A stretch of DNA of 64,000 nt, from NCBI GenBank assembly GCA_018823135.1, contig JAHJJF010000070.1, positions 8,990 through 72,989 on the forward strand. Reading direction: 5' to 3'. The notes under the pieces were generated by a model that was given only the letters and a program-made list of their open reading frames with translations, did not search any database and was not told the DNA's origin. Source of the stretch: Pseudomonadota bacterium (GTDB lineage Bacteria > Desulfobacterota > Desulfobulbia > Desulfobulbales > CALZHT01). Below, in pieces: positions 58,033 through 64,000 of the stretch (positions are counted from its first letter, which is position 1; every line of letters starts with the position of its first letter). The translations under genes were made by a program, and so were the position numbers.

Positions 58033-58989
58033 TCATTGTTTGATAAATTCCATGGCGATGACTCCTTCTCCCGGCAGATCCTTTATTGAAGAGAAATAAG
58101 TGTATTCTTCGCCCATCATAAAGGGTTCGCGCCAGAATGGGTAAGCCCCCCGCAGTCGTTTCTGCTGTGAATTTTCTGCAAAAGATCCCGCATGCTTTTC
58201 CCCGTAGACCTTTTTGTGTACAGGCTCACCGATAATATTAAATATTTTTTGCTCCAAGAGATTCTGGTCATAGTAAAGTTGCCAGAAGGTATAACCATCG
58301 GCACCGGGTAAAAGCACTCCGTATTTATTTTTACTGATATACTGTTCGGTCGCCTCAGCCAGACACGGCAGAGTCAGAAGCAGTTTGCCTCCCGGTTTCA
58401 GCAAACCCCATATTTTAATGAGAGCTGTATCATTATCCGGGATATGTTCAAGTACTGAAATACATGTTATTAGGTCAAAGGATGCATTTTCAAAAGGCAC
58501 ATTATTAATCAGGCAATCATGCAGGCTGCATCTGTCACTCAGATTACAGGCATCAATAAGTCCGGCGGTTATTGCAAAATCTTTTATATCGGGATTAATC
58601 AGTTCTGCTTTTACTTCAGAGTTTTTATGCAAAAAGAGTAAGGGAAGAATGCGGGGCGACGACACATCCAGATAACAGTTGACGGGTGACTGGTTGAGTG
58701 ATTCCCAGACAAAATCAAACTCGAAATACCGGGTAGTTTCCATTGGGAAGAAGAGTAGATTATATACATGGCGCAAAGATGAAAAGGTTCTACTCTTCAA
58801 GAGTAAATAGATTCCGAACAAAACACATTCTTTATGGAATTTCAAACCAGGTGTATCAAACTTATGTGCCAGCAGCCAATAAACTGGTGACAGCAGGATT
58901 CCTTTGCTTAGATGGAAAATTTTTTTCAAGTCCGTCATTTTTTTTTCTGACGGCACATCTATATAGCTTTTGCGTATCGGGTTTTTCAA
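58033..58989 (-). CDS. Class I SAM-dependent methyltransferase with ~100-aa N-terminal extension
   Basis: FDLITCISVLEHIPDND..LLKPGGKLLLTLP. Confidence 0.75.
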   Translation of the reverse strand: MKNPIRKSYIDVPSEKKMTDLKKIFHLSKGILLSPVYWLLAHKFDTPGLKFHKECVLFGIYLLLKSRTFSSLRHVYNLLFFPMETTRYFEFDFVWESLNQSPVNCYLDVSSPRILPLLFLHKNSEVKAELINPDIKDFAITAGLIDACNLSDRCSLHDCLINNVPFENASFDLITCISVLEHIPDNDTALIKIWGLLKPGGKLLLTLPCLAEATEQYISKNKYGVLLPGADGYTFWQLYYDQNLLEQKIFNIIGEPVHKKVYGEKHAGSFAENSQQKRLRGAYPFWREPFMMGEEYTYFSSIKDLPGEGVIAMEFIKQ

Positions 58990-59067
58990 AAAGGGACCGT
59001 TCTTGATTTTACTGTTGTCTTTATCAGCCTGAGTAGATGTTTTTTTTAAAATGCCTGCTTAATTTGG

Positions 59068-60561
59068 TTATTTATCGGTAAGCATAGATCTCAGCAGTCT
59101 GGGATTTGAAATAGCAATTTTTACTCTTCTGAAAAATTGAGTGACCTTGAACCATACCCAGGGGATGACGTCCGGTTGAATGGCGATACCATCGAAAGTT
59201 CCACTATTTCTGCCCGTTTTTTTAAAATATTTGAATGGGTTGCCTGAGCATAGTGACAATTGTCTGTAACCGTATTTCAGTGCTAACTCAGTAGGTAAAG
59301 GGGGTAAATTTTCCTGTTTAAGTAATTTGACAACTTCTTCATGGCTTTTAGGCAAATAAACGCAACCGAGGTATTTATATAAACTCTGGCCACCGGCCAA
59401 AATGGACGGTTTCCCCCAGTATGCAGCTTCAACTCCCATCGTCGAACCAAAAGTAATTACCTTTTCGCAAGAATCAAGTAATGCATAAGAATCAATAATC
59501 TCAGCGGGCCAAATAACACAAAGGTTTGAGAATCTCGAAGCAAGTAGATCGATATCCCTAAGCTGGCTATTTCTGCTACGGGATATTTTCTTCATATGAG
59601 GGTGCACACGTAAATAGAACATATAGCGATTGTCGTGTTGAAAATCCTCCAGTATTCTTCCTATACCAGCTGTCTCATCAGGACTATAGATAGGATTATC
59701 ATAGGAATCTATTGCCGCATATTCATCAATAGTGCCGTTGAAGATAGCAATATTTTTCTTCTCTGGATCAAAACCATCCGGCAAAAGGTCTTTCTTCTGG
59801 TGTTGAGTATATGAAATAATGCTATTATTTTTGGCACCAGCCCTTTGCTGCTCAAACCATGATTTCGCAATTTTTTCTCGATCACTTTCTTCAGCCAGCC
59901 ATAATTGTTCCATCTGTTCATGTACAGCATAGGGATCGTGGATAGTAGCATTTTTTTGTAAAAGATAACGATTTAAAGATGGAGGGACTTCATAGGTGTA
60001 ATATTCAATGTCCATTCGCTTACAGAGTAATATTGCGGGTAAGTGATTTGCAATTCTGCCGTTGAAAACATAGAGCCGGTCCGGTTTATTTTCTCTAAAC
60101 TCATTTTTAAGTGTTTCGTAGACATGCACTGATGACCGCAGCGTTTTGAGGATATCTTGGCAGTATACATTTGTATCGAAACGATGGTCACGGAATCTTG
60201 AAATGAGGCTTGAGGCAATTCCATACCCAATTTTTTCTCCATCGTAACGATACGACTTGAGTTCCTCAACCGAATCAAAATTTTGAGGAACGTCCTCAAA
60301 GGATAGTTTCCTCATAGGAGGGAATTTCTTCAATTCAATATTTTCACTCGGATTTAAGGCGCTCCAACCATTTTTGAAGCGGGAGCGACACTCTGCACAT
60401 TTATTTTTGCTATAAGTAAAGTTCCAATGGCAAGTTTCTAGATTTCCTTGACACTGGAGTACATAGACTTTATCTCCAGATTTATCATGATTGCGGATTA
60501 ATTCCAGCTCTGTCTCAAAAATTGGTGTCGGGACTCCGATAAAGAAAAAAAAGACATTCAT
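59068..60561 (-). CDS. Hypothetical 497-aa protein with Cys4 cluster (candidate KpsS-like / GT-B-like glycosyltransferase)
   Basis: It has a Rossmann-like N-terminus (MNVFFFFIGVPTP), the cluster CQGNLETCHWNFTYSKNKCAEC, and a C-half ending in ..ITFGSTMGVEAAYWGKPSI. Its position next to pseI is suggestive. I cannot confirm a family. Confidence 0.5.
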   Translation of the reverse strand: MNVFFFFIGVPTPIFETELELIRNHDKSGDKVYVLQCQGNLETCHWNFTYSKNKCAECRSRFKNGWSALNPSENIELKKFPPMRKLSFEDVPQNFDSVEELKSYRYDGEKIGYGIASSLISRFRDHRFDTNVYCQDILKTLRSSVHVYETLKNEFRENKPDRLYVFNGRIANHLPAILLCKRMDIEYYTYEVPPSLNRYLLQKNATIHDPYAVHEQMEQLWLAEESDREKIAKSWFEQQRAGAKNNSIISYTQHQKKDLLPDGFDPEKKNIAIFNGTIDEYAAIDSYDNPIYSPDETAGIGRILEDFQHDNRYMFYLRVHPHMKKISRSRNSQLRDIDLLASRFSNLCVIWPAEIIDSYALLDSCEKVITFGSTMGVEAAYWGKPSILAGGQSLYKYLGCVYLPKSHEEVVKLLKQENLPPLPTELALKYGYRQLSLCSGNPFKYFKKTGRNSGTFDGIAIQPDVIPWVWFKVTQFFRRVKIAISNPRLLRSMLTDK

Positions 60562-60631
60562 GAAATTTCCTCTAGCAATAGCAGTACTGCGGGAATTGAT
60601 GTTATGTGATCATTATGCATTGACAGTTTAT

Positions 60632-61684
60632 CTAATCGATTAAATCCCACAAAAGAGCGGTGCCTCTGGTTACCGATTTATTTATTTTCTTTCCAATGAT
60701 TGCTTCATAGTGTTTAGGTTGAAGTCCATATCCCGGTCTTATTACCCTGAGATTATCTTTAGTGAACACATCTCCTTTGTTCATATCTTCAACAACATAA
60801 ATTGAACGTCTGAAAACAAGAGACGCTGTTTCTTTTTCTGTTGGTCCATAGGTTATTGTGCCTAAGGACTTCCAGGCATTTTCAGCTTCAACAACCAGGG
60901 CTCGCATTTCCGCCGGTTCTATGGAAAAAGATGAATCTACCCCCCCAGCATCTCGAGACAATGTAAAGTGCTTCTCGATTACAGATGCTCCAAGGGCCAC
61001 TGCCGTAATCGCAGTGCCGATGCCCATGGTGTGATCAGAAAGACCAACCTCGCAAGCAAACAGATCACGCAGATGTGGGATTGTCTGAAGATTGGAGTCT
61101 TCGGGTGAAGCAGGGTAGGTGCTTGTGCACTTGAGAAGAATCAAATCTTTGCAACCAGCTTCCCTGGCAGTCCTGACAGCCTCATCAAGTTCCGCGATTG
61201 TCGCCATCCCGGTGGAAATAAGCAGGGGTTTGCCGGTTGCAGCGACTTTTTTGATCAGAGGTAAATCGATATTTTCGAATGAAGCGACCTTGTAACAGGG
61301 CACATTTAAACTTTCGAGGAAGTCAACAGCCGTCTCATCAAAAGGAGTACTAAAGCAGATCAGGCCTAGTTCTTTACAAAGATCGAAAATTGGTTTATGC
61401 CAATCCCATGGAGTGTGGGCTTTCTGATAGAGATCATACAAGGTCCGTCCATACCATGGACTTTCCCGGTCGTTGATACGGAACTCCCGATCTGATATGT
61501 CCAGAGTCATAATGGCAGCAGTATAGGTTTGTAGCTTCAGAGCGTGGGCACCACAACTCGCGACCTCCTTGACGATTGTCAAGGCATGTTCTAGCGACTG
61601 GTTGTGGTTACCTGACATCTCGGCAATTATAAAAGGGGTAAACTTATTACCAAGTGTTCTGTTGCCAATTTGTATTGACTCCAT
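60632..61684 (-). CDS. pseI: Pseudaminic acid synthase (NeuB-family nonulosonate synthase)
   Basis: The start is placed at MESIQIGNRTLG, 7 nt after the upstream stop. FIIAEMSGNHNQSLEHAL..GAHALKLQTYT, VGLSDHT and a C-terminal SAF domain are present. The Pse assignment rests on the pseG context. Confidence 0.85.
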   Translation of the reverse strand: MESIQIGNRTLGNKFTPFIIAEMSGNHNQSLEHALTIVKEVASCGAHALKLQTYTAAIMTLDISDREFRINDRESPWYGRTLYDLYQKAHTPWDWHKPIFDLCKELGLICFSTPFDETAVDFLESLNVPCYKVASFENIDLPLIKKVAATGKPLLISTGMATIAELDEAVRTAREAGCKDLILLKCTSTYPASPEDSNLQTIPHLRDLFACEVGLSDHTMGIGTAITAVALGASVIEKHFTLSRDAGGVDSSFSIEPAEMRALVVEAENAWKSLGTITYGPTEKETASLVFRRSIYVVEDMNKGDVFTKDNLRVIRPGYGLQPKHYEAIIGKKINKSVTRGTALLWDLID

Positions 61685-61691
61685 ATTATTG

Positions 61692-62339
61692 TCACTCTTC
61701 CTCAATGGTAATTTTAGAAATTTCAATTTTATAACGATGCCCTGCAAAATCGAAAAACGCCGGATATCTTTGAGGATCTGAAATCCTTAGTAAATCAAAC
61801 TGATCTGCAATAGATTTCATTGTGTCTAGCTTACTTTGCCCCGGGTTTCTACGAGTATAATAGGTCGCTTCACTTACTTCTTGTTGGCGGGGTTTAATTG
61901 ACTGCAAATTGTCAACCGCAAAGCTCAGGAGATCAAGTTCAATCTGAAATAACTGATCATTTATTTCGTTATAAAGTTCATGTCCCTCTAAGTACATTTT
62001 CTTCTGGGTCCAAATTTTTCCTGAATCAACAGCGTCTTCGGCTTCCAGTAAGCTAACAGTAATACAATTATGACCCTCTAGAATTTGCCAGACAAGAGGA
62101 GACCAGCCACGACCTCGAGGTAAATCACTTGCGTGGATGACGAGGGTTTTTTGATACATACTTCTAATATCAAGTCCAATAATTTCATGACAAGAGATAA
62201 GAAATAAAATATCACCGCCCAATAGTTCATGTTTTGCATTCACTAATTCAATGCTATGCAGATCAGAATTCTCCTTTTGCCATCTTTTCAAAAACAAAGT
62301 AACCGGGTGTCCTTTACTGCAAAGAATAGAGATTCTCAT
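61692..62339 (-). CDS. Formyltransferase-domain protein (Fmt N-domain family) in the PseH position
   Basis: 215 aa. VIHASDLPRGRGWSPLVWQILEG matches the HxSLLPxxRG formyltransferase motif, and a downstream EDAVDSGKI segment is present. Its start overlaps the pseG stop (ATGA). Confidence 0.8.
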   Translation of the reverse strand: MRISILCSKGHPVTLFLKRWQKENSDLHSIELVNAKHELLGGDILFLISCHEIIGLDIRSMYQKTLVIHASDLPRGRGWSPLVWQILEGHNCITVSLLEAEDAVDSGKIWTQKKMYLEGHELYNEINDQLFQIELDLLSFAVDNLQSIKPRQQEVSEATYYTRRNPGQSKLDTMKSIADQFDLLRISDPQRYPAFFDFAGHRYKIEISKITIEEE

Positions 62340-63433
62340 ATTTGCTCCATAAAATTAATCACCCTGCGCACTCCATGAGTATCCACCAAAGAGCCAGCTC
62401 TTTCTGCCATTTCTTTTAGTTTTCCAGGAGAAGAAAAAAACATTTTGAGGGCGTTTATGATATCATCGAACGTAACCTGTTGATACTCGCCCAGATATTG
62501 TATTGCACCAACCTTGGAGAGATTCTCAGCAATCCTAATCTGATTCTCAGCCAACGAGATAATTATGGAGGGGAGTTTCAATGCGCACCGTTCCCAACAT
62601 GTCCCCCCCCCAGCACCGATTGCTAAATCAGCTGCCGCTAAAAGTTCAGCCATGTTGCAGACCTGACAATGATAGTTGACCAGCGGCATTTCTAAGCAGA
62701 GTTGTTCGATTTCCATCCTGTGTTGATTTGCAGCTCCGACCACAACATCTAAAAAAACATTCTTCTGAGGTAATGATCTGATAATCTTGATCACTCTTGC
62801 GGTTTCGTTGCTGGCATCAACCCCACCAAAAAACACCAGGATCCGATTAATTTTGCCTGTACGTTTCTTAAGCTGCGCCCGCATTTCTTTGAACTCAGGT
62901 CGCAATAAAGCAAATTTTGGCCCCAATAAGGTCAGGCACTCAATTGGAAGAAGACCATCGTAACGACCCTCTTCCGAATATAAATTCTGGTCAAGAAGCA
63001 AGTCACAATCATGAACACGATCTGCCAGATCGTCAATTATCATGATTTTCTCGACGTGCGGTCTCAACGTCTGTTCCCAATTTTGATTGAGAGCATAGTG
63101 ATCAACAACCAGCCATTCACAAGAACTTCCCTGTTTCATGACCAGCAGGCATTCATTGGCATCCTGTTTCCATGGAACTTCAAGCCACGTCGCATGCGAG
63201 CACCAATCACTAGATCGATTGGTTCGTTCACTTCTTGGCAAAAGATGTACAAAGTGGCCGTGCTGACGAATCAGTCCGGACAGGTTCCCGGGAAGTTCTC
63301 GGCAAATGAACTCCGTCTCTGCTCCTATTTTTCGTAACTCAGCGGCCAAAGTCAAGCAGCGCATGACGTGCCCACTGCCAATAGTTGTCGAGGAATCAAC
63401 CCTGAACATTATTCGTTTGCGCTCTTTTCTCAT
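62336..63433 (-). CDS. pseG: UDP-2,4-diacetamido-2,4,6-trideoxy-beta-L-altropyranose hydrolase
   Basis: FRVDSSTTIGSGHVMRCLTLAAEL and the GT-B/MurG-like C-half (..AIGAGGGTCWERCALKLP) match the PseG pattern. Its start overlaps the upstream stop (ATGA). Confidence 0.85.
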   Translation of the reverse strand: MRKERKRIMFRVDSSTTIGSGHVMRCLTLAAELRKIGAETEFICRELPGNLSGLIRQHGHFVHLLPRSERTNRSSDWCSHATWLEVPWKQDANECLLVMKQGSSCEWLVVDHYALNQNWEQTLRPHVEKIMIIDDLADRVHDCDLLLDQNLYSEEGRYDGLLPIECLTLLGPKFALLRPEFKEMRAQLKKRTGKINRILVFFGGVDASNETARVIKIIRSLPQKNVFLDVVVGAANQHRMEIEQLCLEMPLVNYHCQVCNMAELLAAADLAIGAGGGTCWERCALKLPSIIISLAENQIRIAENLSKVGAIQYLGEYQQVTFDDIINALKMFFSSPGKLKEMAERAGSLVDTHGVRRVINFMEQI

Positions 63434-64000
63434 AATTCCGGGGCAGTTTCTTCCGAGGTTGTTGCAAGTAGGCCTACCTCCTTGAGACTCTCCACTACAG
63501 GATAAAGATCGGCGATAGAGACACCGATAATTTCGCTGATATCAATCAGATCGTGAGCCCCATCAGCATATGCCAGAAAGTTCATCATTGTCGCAACAGT
63601 TACCTTGCTTTCAATGGTACTTAGTGAGGGGTAGAGGCCACGTTTTCCCAGTTGCGGTTCACATGGAACCACACAGCGGTACTTAATATTATTTTCCAGC
63701 GCTAATATGCACTTTTGAACCATCTGGTAGCCTCCTTCAAGACCGGCTGGTGTAACCAGGGATAGATCATCATGTGAAGTATGGTATTCAGGATATTCCA
63801 TATATTTGGAGCGACAAAGTGTGCAGACCGGCAGATCGACGCCGGGACTGCAATACTGTCGTTCGTCACTGCCACGATCAAGAAATGAGTAATATTTGAA
63901 ATCGGGGGCATGATGCTTAAGGACGTGTTTCGCAACCTTATCTGCTAGGGTATTGCCAAAACGAGACGCGACATAGGAGTATTCTCTATCATCACCGAGG
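63430..64000 (-). CDS. Aminopeptidase-like DUF4910 protein with C-terminal winged helix (5' end beyond window)
   Basis: The frame is open to the window edge: ..SFLDRGSDERQYCSPGVDLPVCTLCRSKYMEYPEYHTSHDDLSLV... This matches my memory of the COG4310/DUF4910 family found in polysaccharide loci. The track shows only the part from the internal Met (63430-63801). Confidence 0.65.
   Translation of the reverse strand, partial: LGDDREYSYVASRFGNTLADKVAKHVLKHHAPDFKYYSFLDRGSDERQYCSPGVDLPVCTLCRSKYMEYPEYHTSHDDLSLVTPAGLEGGYQMVQKCILALENNIKYRCVVPCEPQLGKRGLYPSLSTIESKVTVATMMNFLAYADGAHDLIDISEIIGVSIADLYPVVESLKEVGLLATTSEETAPEL

Noticed and set aside
1-64000. CRISPR arrays, reverse transcriptase/retron or DGR elements, toxin-antitoxin pairs, and restriction or other defence systems
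   Set aside because: I saw no regularly spaced direct repeats and no ORFs with the corresponding motifs anywhere in the window.

Overview
This 64-kb chromosomal window looks like a Desulfobacterota (deltaproteobacterial) genome. That placement is an inference from gene content and protein style only; no search was possible. I call about 58 protein genes, 2 tRNAs (His-GTG, Glu-CTC), 3 disrupted genes, and several promoters, terminators and repeats. Positions 1-45 kb are mostly housekeeping genes. They include purM, glk, proC, nadK, murJ, rsmE, the lipid A genes waaA-lpxK and lpxC, pilT, comEC, rpoD, malQ and an ABC-F factor. Accessory items are interspersed among them: a lone short flagellin; an octaheme plus monoheme cytochrome c operon; a bacterial cereblon (CULT) protein next to a PilZ / sigma-54-driven methyltransferase pair; an EF-G paralog lacking the catalytic His; a decayed integrase island at tRNA-Glu; and a cold-shock block (2 csp genes, a Zn-ribbon protein, a DEAD-box helicase). 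Positions 45.6-64 kb form an envelope-glycan locus. It starts with an ArnC/ArnT-like pair whose GT-C gene carries an in-frame TAG. It continues with GT2, GT4 and GT9-like transferases, a B12-binding radical SAM enzyme, three SAM methyltransferases, a sugar C-methyltransferase and a GMD/Rmd-like SDR with altered catalytic residues. It ends in a pseudaminic-acid module (pseG, formyltransferase, pseI) that runs off the right edge. I saw no CRISPR array, reverse transcriptase or recognisable defence or toxin system. The best candidates for undescribed biology are the AT-rich glycan-tailoring island, the B12-rSAM module, and the CULT/PilZ/methyltransferase neighbourhood. All family assignments come from motif recognition by eye and need HMM or BLAST confirmation.
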